The notes beneath the pieces were generated by a model. That model worked only from the letters and a program-made list of their open reading frames with translations, had not been told where the DNA came from and ran no database searches. Below, piece after piece: positions 12,870 to 25,561 of a stretch of DNA of 64,000 nucleotides (positions are counted from its first letter, which is position 1; the number at the start of each line of letters is the position of its first letter). Both the position numbers and the translations under genes were made by a program. Source of the DNA: Octopus sinensis (Eukaryota); the NCBI RefSeq assembly GCF_006345805.1, contig NC_043003.1:95604001-95668000 (forward strand). Reading direction: 5' to 3'.

Positions 12870-13280
12870 TGGCTCCAAATGTATAGTTAAAAAAAAGTTT
12901 GCTTCCCAACCACGTGGTTTTGGGTTCAATCTTACTACATGTCACATTGTACATCTACTACTACAACCTAAGGATAACCAAAGTCGTGTGGGTGGATCTG
13001 GCTGATGAAAACTGATCTGAAAGAAGCTTGTTGTGTGTGTTTGTCTTCTTATTTTGACATTGCTACATAGCTACAAATAAGTGTCACCAACATACAAGGA
13101 GTATCATTCATTTCTATTCTTCTGTGGAAACATGTCCGGACATGGGGCAGTGTTAGCTTGCTTGGAATCAGGGTTGGCAACAGGAAGGACATCCAGCTGT
13201 AGAAAATCTGCCTCAATTAATTCTATCCAACTTATGCAAGCAGGGAAAAATAGATGCTAAAATTAATGATGACGATGATT
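12870..13280 (+). mobile_element. SINE with the common tRNA/CORE head but an RTE-type 3' tail
   Basis: Head as in the dominant SINE, then GGTTGGCAACAGGAAGGACATCCAGCTGTAGAAA...ATGATGACGATGAT. Confidence 0.7.
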
Positions 13281-14009
13281 ACAACAATAACAAAAACAAA
13301 AACAATAGTTCAATTTGGTACTGCTTCCAATTTTTCCAATCCATCTCTCATTCTATGAATCCAATATTCCGACATTAGAAAGACTTTTAGTCTCAACTGT
13401 CTGTAGACAGATATTATTGTCTGCAGCATAAGATGACATTAGAAATAACATTCTCTACCAATCAGATGCTCAACCCTGAGCCATTTTCCACTTCAATTAA
13501 GTATTTTCTAAATAAAGACATAAGAACATCATACATTCTTGAATAATACATTTATAAAGAAAAATATCATAAAACAAATAAAACTATTACATAAATAAAG
13601 TTGCATATCATCAAGCAAACATTAACATTTATCCTGCAAAATATATAAAGTTTTCATTTGATGTCATAACATTGACTAACACAACACAAATTATTAATAG
13701 AAATTAATTGGAATTAAGCATCAGGAAGATTTTATAATTGTAATAACTATGGGTTGAAATTGTGGATCAATTGAGGTTCACTACTAAAAGGGTGCAACTA
13801 CTAAGGGCAAGTGCAGTTTCTAAGTGGTAAAAAGTGGTAAATATTCAAGGCATGGACGTCAGGGTATTGAGGTAGCTATAGCAGATGCTTAGAAATGTAA
13901 ATAAGCAGGATATAAGTGATGGGTTATGAGAATTCTTAAAAGAAAAGAAAACAATAACAGTAAGTTACTTATTTCATATTGTTATTATTATAACAGAATA
14001 TTTTGTACT

Positions 14010-14192
14010 CTGGGCAAAATGCTTAGTGGCATTTCATCCGTCACTACATTCTGAGTTCAAATTTCACAGAGGTCGACTTTGCCTTTCATTCTTTCAGAGT
14101 CATAAAGTAAGTACCAGTTGAGCACTGGGGTTGATGTAATTGACTTAGCCCTTCCCACAAAGCTCCTGGCCTTGTGCCAAAATGTGAAACCA
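14010..14192 (+). mobile_element. SINE with Meta/MESC-like central domain (related copies 22649-22850, 35625-35790)
   Basis: B box GAGTTCAAAT followed by GCCTTTCAT...TAAAGTAAGTACCAG. Confidence 0.6.
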
Positions 14193-14464
14193 TTATTTAT
14201 AACAAAACATTACACTGGAGAAAAAGAGAGTGGATTGATTCTAAGCCCTTAGAAATATAACAAAAAACAAAAATTAGGCCCTTTTACTGTGGATTTATCT
14301 ACTTAAAATTTTGTCACCCTTAACTGCAGAAAGCTGTTTTATATACCAATCTAGCTTTCATAGAGGAATGTCATGCTTGAAACTACTTCCTGTTGAGAAA
14401 TGTCAAGTTTATTGAAAAAACAGGACTTGCAGAAACTACCAAAATTTTTTTTTTAGCAGATATT

Positions 14465-14679
14465 TAACTCTTTAGCATTCACATTTCTTTGTCAAACGTA
14501 TTACTTATATATTCACATTGCTTTGAATTAATTATGCATTATCTTGTAGCTTCAAGATTTCAATGGTGTGTTTGTATAACTTTAGAATGACATTGTAAGG
14601 TAGATGTGAGAGGTTGGATGTGGTCAGTTTTAACATAAAACAGGTAGAATATTTGGGCCTGATATGGCTAAAGGGTTAA
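14465..14679 (+). mobile_element. piggyBac-like MITE family A (other copies ~27415-27640, 39166-39395, 39687-39914, 49880-50080, 57330-57507)
   Basis: TTAA-CTCTTTAGC...GCTAAAGGG-TTAA termini; ~220 bp; multiple copies in the window. Confidence 0.7.
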
Positions 14680-14929
14680 CGTCATTACTGGAATAACCAT
14701 GGAATTTAATTTTGCAGTGAAAGGGTAAATGAAAAATATTAGTTTCCTGGTTGAAATATCAAAATACTATTATTGACTTACGATGGTTAATGCTTTATTT
14801 TTTTTTTTTTTTACACCCATCTAGATGCTCTGAGAAAAAAACAGTAGACAACACATCTAAACATTTCAGCAAAGATGCCAATAAATATATCATAAGTACA
14901 ATAACAAGCATGAAAATAATGAAATCCTA

Positions 14930-15310
14930 CTCCTGTGTGGTAAGAAGTTTGTTTCCCAAACATATGGCTCTAGGTTCAATCCTACAGCGTGGCACCTTGG
15001 GTAAGTGTCTTCTACTATAGCCTCAGGCCAACAAAAGCCTTGTGAGTGGATTCGGTAGATGGAAACTGAAAGAAGCTTGCCATGTGTGTGTGTGCGTTTA
15101 TTTGTCCCCCACCACTGCTTGACAACTGATGCTGGTGTGCTTATGTCCCCATAGCTTAGTGGTTTGGTAAAAGAGACTGATAGAATAAGTACCAAGCTTT
15201 ATAAAATAAGTACTGGCATTGATACATTGATATATTCAACCAAAATTCTTTAAGGAGGTGCCCTAACATGGCTGCAGCCTAATGACTGGAACAAGTGAAA
15301 AAAAGAACAA
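14930..15310 (+). mobile_element. dominant tRNA/CORE-type SINE
   Basis: Matches the consensus. Confidence 0.75.
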
Positions 15311-15329
15311 ACGAAAATGATATATAAAA

Positions 15330-17300
15330 TCATCATTGTTTAACATGTTTCCCATGCTGGCATGGGTTGGATAATTTGACAGGAATTGACAAACCAACTG
15401 CCTGCTTTGGCAGGGTTTCTACAACAAGTCACTTTACAGAGTGTACTTCTTACATGACACTGAGTACACATAAAACAAGACTCCTCAACTGAATGGAGTA
15501 TTGTATTGAAGGAGGGACAGGAACAGGTTATCTTGCTTGAAGAGGAGATAGTTTCCACTGCTGGAGAGAGGGAGAGAGAGAGAAAGGGAGGGAGAGAGAG
15601 AGGGGGAGATGGGGAGGGGGAGGGATTGAGGGAGGGAGAGGGGAAGAAAGGGGGAGGGGGAGGGAGATGGAGGGAAGGAGAGAGAGATTGTGAAGAGTAT
15701 GTGGGAGGGATGGGGAGGAGTGAGAAAGGGAGAGGTGTTGGGGGACAGGTATTGGGGAAGGGGTAGTGTGGGGAGGGTAGTGAGGGAGGAGAGGTGGTGT
15801 GGTAGTAAGGGCGGAGAGGAGGGAGGGGAGGCAGTGGTGAGGGCAGGGTAGATGGTGGGACAGGAGAGGCAAAAGGGAAAGGGACGAGGGGTGAGAAGAG
15901 GGTGAAGGTTGAAAAAAGGGTGAGGGGTGAGAGAAGGGTGATAAGTAGGGGAGTACAGATGAGAGGGAGGATGAGAAGAAGGCGAGGGAGGAAGTGCAGA
16001 TGAGGGAAGGCAAAGGAGGAGAAAGAGGTGGAAGAGGAGATAGAGGCAGAAGAGGTGGGGGAAAAGGTGATAAGGAACAATAATAGGGATACAATGTGAA
16101 ATGTAGGGGTGGAATAAATGGTAGAAATAAGTGAGTAGGACTGCAATTAGGAGAGATGGGTGTTAGAAGATGTGTGGTAGAGGGAAGGATTGGCAGGTCC
16201 TCATTTTTGCCAGAGAGGGAGAGGGACGGTTTACTCAAGCAGAGTATATTGCCAGTCATCTTAGTCCTTTGTCATCTCCTCTTTGTGAGCCTCAATATTT
16301 TGAGGTTGGTCTTCACTACTTCATCTCACATCTTCCTGGGGTCTCTCTCTTCTAGAGGTTCCATTCATGTTTAGAGATCAGTACTTGGTTGTCCTCATCC
16401 ATCCACATCACATGACCATATCAACATAGCCTTCTTTTCTCTTGTACACCACATTTAATGATTTAATGATTCTTATACTCAATTCTTCTCTCAGTACATT
16501 TGTACTTTATCATACATGCACACTAACTTTGCACATCCAGTGGAGCATGCGGGCTTCATTTCTCTTTAGTCTTAAACACATTCTCTGCACTCAAGGTCCA
16601 AGTTTCACAGCAACATAGCATTGCTGTCCATATACAAGCATCATACAATCTGCCTTTCACCCTGAGAGACAGGCATTTTGTTACAGAGGTAATAGCTCTC
16701 TGAGCTTTGTCTAGCCAGTTCTTATTCTATTATCTATTCTTTCAGAACATCTGCTTCCATAGTTAATTAGGTCTCCTAGATAAAAGAAGCAATAAAATAC
16801 CTCTAAAGATCCTTCTGGACATTACAGAAAATTTATTTCTTGTATGCTCTTAGTGCTTATTGCATTTATGCATCTGCCACAAAGTTTACTTTCTCTGCTA
16901 ACCTTCCTGTGATTCCACTGCACCTCTTGTGTCCATGGTTTTCACTGAGTACAATGTATAAAACGTCTATTTACATTTTCTCTACATATCAAACAGGGTC
17001 ATTCACCTGAAGGGATTAGTGTCCTGTCTGTTTTCCTATTTACAAGAACTTTAGCCTCTGCTCAATTTGATTTTAAAGCTTTTGCATTCAGGTTTTGTTT
17101 CCACACCTGAAATTGCATTTCTAATTCTCCAACAGTTTCAGCTATAAAGACAAGGTCTTCAGCATAGAGGAGTTCCCATGGGCAACCAGTCTTAAATTCT
17201 TCTTTTAAGGCCAGGAGAACTATGAAAAATCGGAGGAGATTGATAACCAAACCCTGGTGAACTCATACCTGACCACTAAATTCCTTGCTGTACTCATTAC
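15330..17300 (-). mobile_element. 5'-truncated decayed RTE LINE (RT C-terminal half, pyrimidine-rich 3' region, (ATG)n tail)
   Basis: VHQG...F.IV..AL.EEFKTGCPWELLYAEDLV (YADD motif decayed) and LSLRVKGRLYDAC; stops and frameshifts. Confidence 0.85.
15563..16160 (+). repeat. ~600-bp purine-rich (G/A) low-complexity tract
   Basis: Dominated by G and A with many GGG runs; source of the spurious 268- and 243-aa ORFs. Confidence 0.9.
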
Positions 17301-19231
17301 AGATATATATAAATAAATAAAAGAAGCTACAATAATGCACATAAATGGAATTTCTTGTTTCTCCCTTCTCCAAATATTTAGCAATGCTGATCTCAAATTC
17401 TTCTTGACAGAAACCAGAAGAACCTACTTCAATGAATCTTTAGTAGTTTCAGAATTTAACTTCTTCATGTCACGGATCTGTTTGATTACAGTTGATAATG
17501 GTTTATCAAACTTCAAAAAACAAAAAATAAATAAATAAATAAAACCTATAAAATTTATGATTGGTAAATCACAACTGATTTGAGAAAAAATAAAGAAATA
17601 ATTATTCTGAGAAAATATATCCATAACAATCCTAAACTTATGACATAAGACTCACAGATCCTATAATACACTGTGATAATCTCAGCCAACTAAAATTTTG
17701 TATTGGCACATGTATGTGGACGTTTGCATTTATGAGAAATTATAAATTAATCTTTACATAATGAGGGACTACAATTAAGAACTATCAAATGAAAATAATA
17801 ATGGTTGGGGAGAGGGGATCAATGAAACATGCAGCAACAGTCTGGTGCAAATGGAATAATGTGTTTGCAATATACCATTTTCCATTTCTCTATTTTTTTA
17901 AAGGTATGCATACACGATTTCATAAAATAAAATTGCATAGCTTTTAACCCACTTACAGGCAAGGTGTGTAAAACAAGGACCTATACCTTAAAATTAATAC
18001 CCACCTGAGAAAGTTCTTCTTCCTTCGTATAAACTGCATTGTAAGCATAGCAGTTGTCACACAGTTGCATCTACAGATAGAAATACACGGCCCCAACCCT
18101 GTTAGCAGCACTATACAGATAACAACAATAAATTATCAAACAAATGATTCCACAATAACAGCATGTGCAATGGTGCAATAACAGCTCTATTAGAGCATGA
18201 CGCCCTTCAAAGTCAATTTTGCTGGGTTTCAAAATATGGCTTTTCTTCATTTTTTTTATCGTTTAATTGCAGGAAAAAAAAAAAGGCAGCACCCATGATT
18301 ATAATCAAAGCCTCTGTAATGGATAGGAGGGTGGATGGAATTATCTTTAGACTAAAGACCTGACCTGAATCCTTGCAACAAAGTCAACTCTGCTAAATGT
18401 ACCTAGGCAATGGGGTTAAACCACATGAAAGATTATGATTAAAAATGAACAAACTGAAACAAATAACAGTACAACCAATAACGTTATCTAGATTTAAGTA
18501 TAAAAAATTATCTATTTTCAAACTTTATAAGGAAGAAAAATGATAAAAATATAATTCTGAATAATAACTTGCAATTTGTTTTAGAAAAAGCTCCATAAGT
18601 TATATAGAGAGACTGCAATGTGCAGTAAACAGAAGACAAGATCCACTACTGACTTTAGTCACACTGACGGCATAGTACAGTGTGATTGATAAGAGGAAAG
18701 GATTGAGTGATGAGTAACAGAGGTCTGGGCACAGAAAGCAAGAGAAATAAAGGCATATACATAAGGGACATGGGTGAGAGTATAAGAGATTATAAGTAAT
18801 TATCCCCCTAAAATAGCAGTGAAAACCAATATAGTTTCACTTGTAGCACTTGACTCAATTGTCAGGAATCAGTTGTTGAATGTGAAGAATAATTTTACTA
18901 GCAGATATTTCTTCGCTAAGCCAGATAAACATCGCTAGTTATTAACACTGAAATGCTAATCATTAACAACAACAGATTAAGGAAGTAAAATGCATGTGGT
19001 ATCAAAGAGAAAATTAAGATTTCAGAAATGAAACCATTTTGATATAGGAAGTTTCATGTGGACTAACTGGAGACTATCATTAAAGCACCTCAATGAATAA
19101 TTTGACAAGCTGAACTGATTGACCTAACTGCAAGGTTAGTAGCAACTCTAGTTAATAACGAAATAAATGGATAACAGGATTGTAAAATACCTGCTTCAAA
19201 ACTTTTTGCAAAGGTTCAAATTTAGAAATTA

Positions 19232-19724
19232 CACTGTGTAACACAATTTTTGTCCTTGGGTAGCAATTGTTATTTCCTATTTGCTTAGCCCTAGAAAATA
19301 TGAAAAATGGCTAATACTTATTTCCTTCAAACTTTACTTTTGCTACATTTATTCAAACCCCAATGAATCCCTCGCAACACATGGCTATGATATTCCCCCA
19401 CTGCTCCTGCTCATGATCAGAGATGCACAAATTGCCAGCCTCTAAGGGACATGCTCAAGTGGTTATGGTGAAGCAAATGATAAGCAGATCTGAGCTATTA
19501 AGCAGAATATTTGCTATAACAATATTTCTGTTTCAGCAACTCAGCACTGAATCTGTCTGAAATGTAATGGAAAATAGGTCAGTTTCAAAACATAGATGTC
19601 CAGGTCACAAAAGCAAAGTTTGAATGGAAGAAAAGTAATTTCTTTTGAATTCTAGATAGAAGGAAATAGGAAGTAACGCTTACTGACCAAAGGCAAAAAG
19701 AAATTCAAATTTTGTCACGCAGTG
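19232..19724. mobile_element. non-autonomous DNA transposon, Chapaev-3/CMC-like
   Basis: TIRs CACTGTGTAACACAATTT / AAATTTTGTCACGCAGTG with TTA on both sides (3-bp TSD). Confidence 0.7.
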
Positions 19725-20046
19725 TTATTCAGCCTTTGCCTGTCTTTCTCAAAGAAAATACGAATAAAAGGATAACAAATAAAATTATTACTTTTAAAAC
19801 TTTAAGCTTTTTAATACAAATCTCATTGGCACAGCTCAAATTAAGGCAATCGAATTTAAATTAAAATCTTGCTCAATATCACATTACAACTTAAATGATA
19901 CTGTGAAATAACATTTGGACAACACCAGCATAATATTCTACCTATATAAAATAGCAGCCAAATCTACCTCAAACTACACCTTGTGGTTTTATAACAAAAA
20001 AGGAAATGACACATTTAAATAATGTCACAGCTGGAATACTTTAGAC

Positions 20047-20302
20047 CAGTGGTTCTCAACCATTTTTTACCTTTTTTTTGTTTTTGACACAACTTGTGTA
20101 AGTTGACTTATGTAAAACGTTAGAGAAAGAAAACCTAGCTGTTTCTTATAATAAATGCATTTAAATGGATATCTTTAGACCTTTAAAATATTGCTGAGGA
20201 TCCCTAATTTACTATTTTACTTCAAAAAAAAAATCTTACACCGACCACCACCCCACCCCCACCTCCACCAGGGGTCATATAGACCCCAGTTGAGAACCAC
20301 TG
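20047..20302. mobile_element. hAT (Charlie-like) MITE
   Basis: Perfect 14-bp TIR CAGTGGTTCTCAAC; perfect 8-bp TSD CTTTAGAC (20039-46, 20303-10). Confidence 0.9.
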
Positions 20303-20698
20303 CTTTAGACCATAGATCTGTTCAATCAGATTGACCTGGAATTAATCAACAACAAACAATATATACAGTTATTAAAAACCCCTTCTAAGATCTTGATTTA
20401 ATTGAAACAAGCTGTCATCTCCTAAGAAATATAGCTTCAATAGGATTAAGCAATTTCTATGAGAAGACATACAATTCACAAACTCTACAAAATATAACTT
20501 CCAAAATATTATTTGCTTTATTTTCTTTAAAAACATCCAGATTACATCATAAGAAAGCAATTTACTAACAGATTAATTGGAAGATGGTAGTTTAGGAAAT
20601 TCCAAATTAAGACCATATTATGAATACAGTGAAATTAATAAAATGTCTAGTGCTAGTTATTAGTGCAGAAAGTAAATAAAATAATGAAGAGTCCTTAC

Positions 20699-20838
20699 CT
20701 TGGAACTGTCAACAAGAACATGTATCCGAAAGAGAATGATATCATTTACAACAACATCTTCGTTACGATAAAGAATTTGAAAGGTCTTGCTAACAGCTAC
20801 CCCATTGATAATACTAGCTGGAAGGACATGAGGGTTTT
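20699..20838 (-). CDS. FAM135A: FAM135-family protein, coding exon 3 (NPHVLPASIINGVAVSKTFQILYRNEDVVVNDIILFRIHVLVDSSK)
   Basis: Diagnostic SKTFQILYRNE.V..ND motif. Acceptor tgttttcag, donor AAG|gtaagg. 140 nt, phase 1 to 0. Confidence 0.95.
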
Positions 20839-21466
20839 CTGAAAACAAAAATAATAATAACAAAATATACAACAGGAAAATTCAAAAGCAGAATGAATAT
20901 ATTTATATTTTAATATACCAGAACAGATACACTTCTTACTGAATTGTTTATATAATAGGAATATAACAATTTGCATAATAAAAATGTATAAAGCCACCTC
21001 ATCCTCCCTAATCTACACACACACACACACACACAGTAATGGTGGGGTTCTGTCTTGCCACTTACTTGACGGCTCCATTAGTGCCAGTGGAATGATAAAA
21101 GCACCCAGTGGAAATTGTAAGGTGGTTGGCATTAGAAAGTGCATCCAGTAATGGCAAACAAACAAAAGCGCACACTGGAGCTCAGCATAGCCCTGCAGTT
21201 AGATGGATCCAGACAAATCAACCAACCTATACCAGCATGGAAAACAGACATTAATGATGATGATAATAATGATGATGGTGATGTTACCATGGTTCAGTAC
21301 TCTAGTTGGATTTGAAGTGAAAGAACTGATAAATGTACAGAAGTAGAAGACAACAATGATGCCAGTATGTTAAGTCCAGATCCTAAGATTAGTGAACTGG
21401 ACTACCAATTCGTTCAATCAGTTCCAGACAAACTGCAATAAGAATAAGAGTTTATGGAATATATAC

Positions 21467-21685
21467 TCCTTTACTCTTTTACTTGTTTCAGTCATTTGAC
21501 TGTGTCCATGCTGGAGCACTGCCTTTAATCGAGCAACTCGACCCCGGGACTTATTCTTTTTGTAAGCCCAGTACTTATTCTATCGGTCTCTTTTGCCGAA
21601 CTGCTAAGTTACGGGGACATAAACACACCAGCATCGGTTGTCAAGCAATGCTAGGGGGACAAACACAGACACACAAACACACACA

Positions 21686-21731
<46 letters not shown>

Positions 21732-21887
21732 TACGACAGGTTTCTTTTCAGTTTCTGTCTACCAAATCCACTCACAAGGCTTTGGTCGACCTGAGGCTAT
21801 AGTAGAAGACACTTGCCCAAAGTGCCACACAGTGGGACTGAACCCGGAACCATGTGGTTGGTAAACAAGCTACTTACCACACAGCCA
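21467..21887 (-). mobile_element. dominant SINE, young copy
   Basis: Near-consensus, with (TAAAAGAG)n tail on the minus strand. Confidence 0.88.
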
Positions 21888-23064
21888 TATAAAAGAATCC
21901 AGAGCAAAAGATTTTTTTCAACCTCTTCCTTAACAAAATTCTGGTATTCTTTGATTAGCAAGTGTGTAGAGAACCCATAGCTGTTCCTATCTGCTCATCA
22001 TTGGAAACAAAGGCTTTCAGCAATGTTTATAACCAAAAACTTGTATTTAATGATGTCAACTGTGAATATTATAAGGGTGTAACTCTCTGAAGCTGTAACT
22101 AAAATTAAGTTACTTGTAAGAAAGAGCTAAGCTCATTTATCTCATTAAAAATGTAACATTAAATTAAATGAAACTGATTTCTTCCAACAGGCACAGACTA
22201 GAAAGTTTAGGGGAAGTAAGAGTCAATTATATCAAACTTGAACGGATATGAGCCCTTTAAATTAAGTTAAATTAAATCAAATTAAAAACACATAATACAT
22301 GTCAATTTCCTGTTGTATGGTATCCAACTATGTAACACTATATTCTTCAAACAGGGCACACCAACACTACTGAACACATTAAAAGTGGTATGCTGAAGAC
22401 AAAGTTTGAAAAATTTTGCTTTATGCAATCGCTCAACCTGCTAGAAATAATAGCCAAAATCTCCCTCGAAACACATGCTACCATCTTAGAAGACATACAT
22501 AGTCTTGGATTCCTTATACCTAAGAGAGAGATGAGATGGTTATGGCTGGAGTGCCAATCAACCACAAATTACACAGAAATATGGACATAACAATAGCTAA
22601 TATTGATGGTAGCATTTATACTCAGAAATATTACAGTTGTATTTATAAGATGGCAAGCTGGCAGAATCATTAACATGCCAGGCAAAATGTATAGAAGCAT
22701 TTTCATTGTCTTTAAGTTCTGAATTCAAATTACACTGAAGTTAATTTTGCCTTTCATCCTTTTGAGGGCGATAAAGTAAGTATCAGGTTAACATAATCGA
22801 CTAACCCCATCCTCTGAAAGTGCTGGCCTTGTGCCAGAATTTGAAACCAATATTACATTTGTAGATTACTCTTTGCACTAAACAACCTAATTTTAGAAGA
22901 TAGACCACCACTAGGCAATGGGTATCAATGTGAAAATAAGCAAATCCAAACAGAAACCAACACATATGTGGGTGCATTCATACACACAGAGCCTTAGAGT
23001 TCTTGTAAATAGACAAGGGCATTTGCCCTTCTTCCTCTAACTTTCAAAAATAAACCATACATAA

Positions 23065-23340
23065 AAACCATCCAGTCCACACTGTAAAGTGGTTGGCATT
23101 TAGAAGGGCATCCAGCTGTAAAATTCATGCCAAAACTAACCTTGCCTGTGCTAGTGCCACGTAAAAAGCACTGAGTCCATTCTGCGGAGTGGTTGGTGTT
23201 AGGAAGGGCATCCAGCCATAAAAACCCAGCCAAAACAGACACAGTAGCAAAGGGTAGTTTTTCTACCTGGCCAGCTCCTGTGAACTGTCCTTCCCATGCA
23301 TGCATGGAAGATGGACGTGAGACGATGATGATGGTGATAA
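23065..23340 (+). mobile_element. RTE-type 3' end with duplicated terminal block
   Basis: Two AGGGCATCCAGC blocks and an (ATG)n tail. Confidence 0.7.
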
Positions 23341-24070
23341 CAACTATAGATAACAGCAGAAACGTTTTATAGACCATTTTGTACTTTACAAAAACATGCA
23401 TTATTTTCCCTATCATTTCTGACAGGCAATCATCCCGCTGAGTGTGTTCAAATACAATTAAAAATTAACCAATTTATTTGCTCTTGTTTTGAAATAGAGT
23501 CTTTGATGTATCCCTTTACATACATAAATTTAGATAAATAATGAAATATGTTTGATTAATTTGGTATACACAATTAGTAATCAATAAGACATGGTCACTT
23601 CAAAATAAAACTAATAGAGATTGAAGACAGTTCTGATAACTTTATGGTAATCTCTTCAGTGTTGGTGTCACAAGAAACATATTAAGTCCATTCTATCACA
23701 ACAATGGGAAAAAAAGAAGATTTTGTATCTAGATAACTAATATCTTTTGGCCAAGGCAAAATCTCATCAACATCATCATTTATTGAGACAGATTTTCTAT
23801 GGTTGGATGCAGCCCTTTCTGTTGCCAACCACTACCATTTCCAAGCAAGATATTTCCTCATGGTCAGACAAGTTTACACAGAATATTGAAAATTGATGAC
23901 ATTCATTTACAGCAATCACTCAATATCAAGACAAGGAGACACAAATATATATAATTTAAATGATGGCAGTTCGTTTGTCCTTAATGCTTGAAATCAGCCG
24001 TTGCGTGAACAAGCACAGGGTTAGATTTTATGAAGTGACAGAATTTATTGAAAAAAAAGTACCTAACTAT

Positions 24071-24234
24071 AGGCGCAGGAGTGGCTGCGTGGTAAGTAGC
24101 TTGTTTACCAACCACATGGTTCCGGGTTCAGTCCCACTGCGTGGCACTTGGGCAAGTGTCTTCTACTATAGCCTCGGGCCAACCAAAGCCTTGTGAGTGG
24201 ATTTGGTAGGCGGAAATGAAAGAAGCCCGTCGTA

Positions 24235-24328
<94 letters not shown>

Positions 24329-24523
24329 TCCCCCTAGCATTGCTTGACAACCGATGCTGGTGTGTTTATGTCCCCGTTACTTAGCGGTTCGGCAAAAGAA
24401 ACCGATAGAATAAGTACTGGGCTTACAAAAGAATAAGTCCTGGGGTCGAGTTGCTCGATTAAAGGCAGTGCTCCAGCATGGCCACAGTCAAATGACTGAA
24501 ACAAGTAAAAGAGTAAAAGAGTA
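24071..24523 (+). mobile_element. dominant SINE, young full-length copy
   Basis: AGGCGCAGGAGTGGCTGCGTGGTAAG...GGGTTCAGTCCC...GTAAAAGAGTAAAAGAG. Confidence 0.9.
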
Positions 24524-24675
24524 ACTATGCTGTTGCTGCAACTTGATCACATTCTTTCAGAAACCATAATCATAAATTCAAAAGAAACTATGCTATCAAA
24601 AGTCTTAACCATGACAGCACGGAAAAACAGACATCAAACAATAGCAATTACACATAAAGATACTGAAAAACATAC

Positions 24676-24755
24676 CTGTATTTTTGGGAAGAGAGACTTC
24701 AGTTTTACATGGTAATTTTGCAGGTGTCTTTAAACCAACTCGTACCTGATAATAC
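24676..24755 (-). CDS. FAM135A: FAM135-family protein, coding exon 2 (G|YYQVRVGLKTPAKLPCKTEVSLPKNT|E)
   Basis: Acceptor ttttcccag, donor AG|gtatgt. 80 nt, phase 2 to phase 1, joins exons 1 and 3 in frame. Similar to FAM135 G-FYQIR..K.P...P...E.SL. Confidence 0.9.
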
Positions 24756-25030
24756 CTGGGAAAAAATTAATAAACATTAAGAAAACAAAAGTACTTATAA
24801 AACCATGCTCTTAATCATTTTATTATATTGATAAATGAAGGCCTAAATATAATGTAATTCTTGAAAGATTCATATGGAACTTTACATACATTGATTTTTT
24901 TTTCTTAAATTACTAATTCACAAGATATTTTCTGAGAGAAATTATAGAACAGCAAATACATGTTAAATAATTGAAACATATTTGTAGATATAGGCACAAG
25001 AGTGGTTGCGTAGTAAGAAGTTTGCTTCCT

Positions 25031-25524
25031 ATATCTTGGAAATCCGCTGGCCCAATAGTTTCCCTTCATGGCAGAATTAATAGTTAAGAATATTTAAGCA
25101 GTTTATATGATCAAATTCATCCTATCGTTGCGGAGCTGTTTCTGGAGGAAAACACAATCTTTCAGGATGATAATGCACCAATTCACACAGCTAAAGTTGT
25201 TACTGAATGGCACAAGGAACATTCTAGTGACATTGAACATCTTATCTGGCCACCACAGTCCCTGGATCTCAATATTATTGAACATTTATGGAGCATTTTA
25301 GAAAATCAAGTAAGGAGTTGATATCCTCCATCATCATCACTACAAGAACTGGAGACTGTTTTAGCTGAAGAATGGACAAAATTCCTTTGGAAACAATTCA
25401 AACTTTGTACAAGTCCATACCTCATAGAAATCAAGGTGTAATTACTACCAAAGGGGTCCTACTCCATATTGAAATAAATTTGTTTGAAATTTTAAGGTGT
25501 TTCCATTATTTTGTCCAACCCCTG
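25031..25524 (+). mobile_element. Tc1-like transposon 3' fragment (DD34E transposase pseudogene)
   Basis: FQDDNAPIHTAK...WPPQSLDLNIIEHLW; right TIR TTTTGTCCAACCCCTG followed by TA. Confidence 0.85.
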
Positions 25525-25529
25525 TATAT

Positions 25530-25561
<32 letters not shown>

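Noticed and set aside
15340-16259. Longest ORFs (268 and 243 aa, Pro/Ser/Leu-rich)
   Set aside because: Artefacts of a low-complexity pyrimidine tract that lacks stop codons.
17335-17624. Protein-like stretch QIRDMKKLNSETTKDSLK as an extra FAM135 exon
   Set aside because: No polypyrimidine acceptor, an in-frame stop follows, and exons 3 and 4 already join without a gap.
21483-21794. Recurrent ORFs such as LPNPLTRLWSARGYSRRHLPKVP and LDALPNANHS
   Set aside because: Translations of SINE and RTE 3' UTR sequence, not genes.
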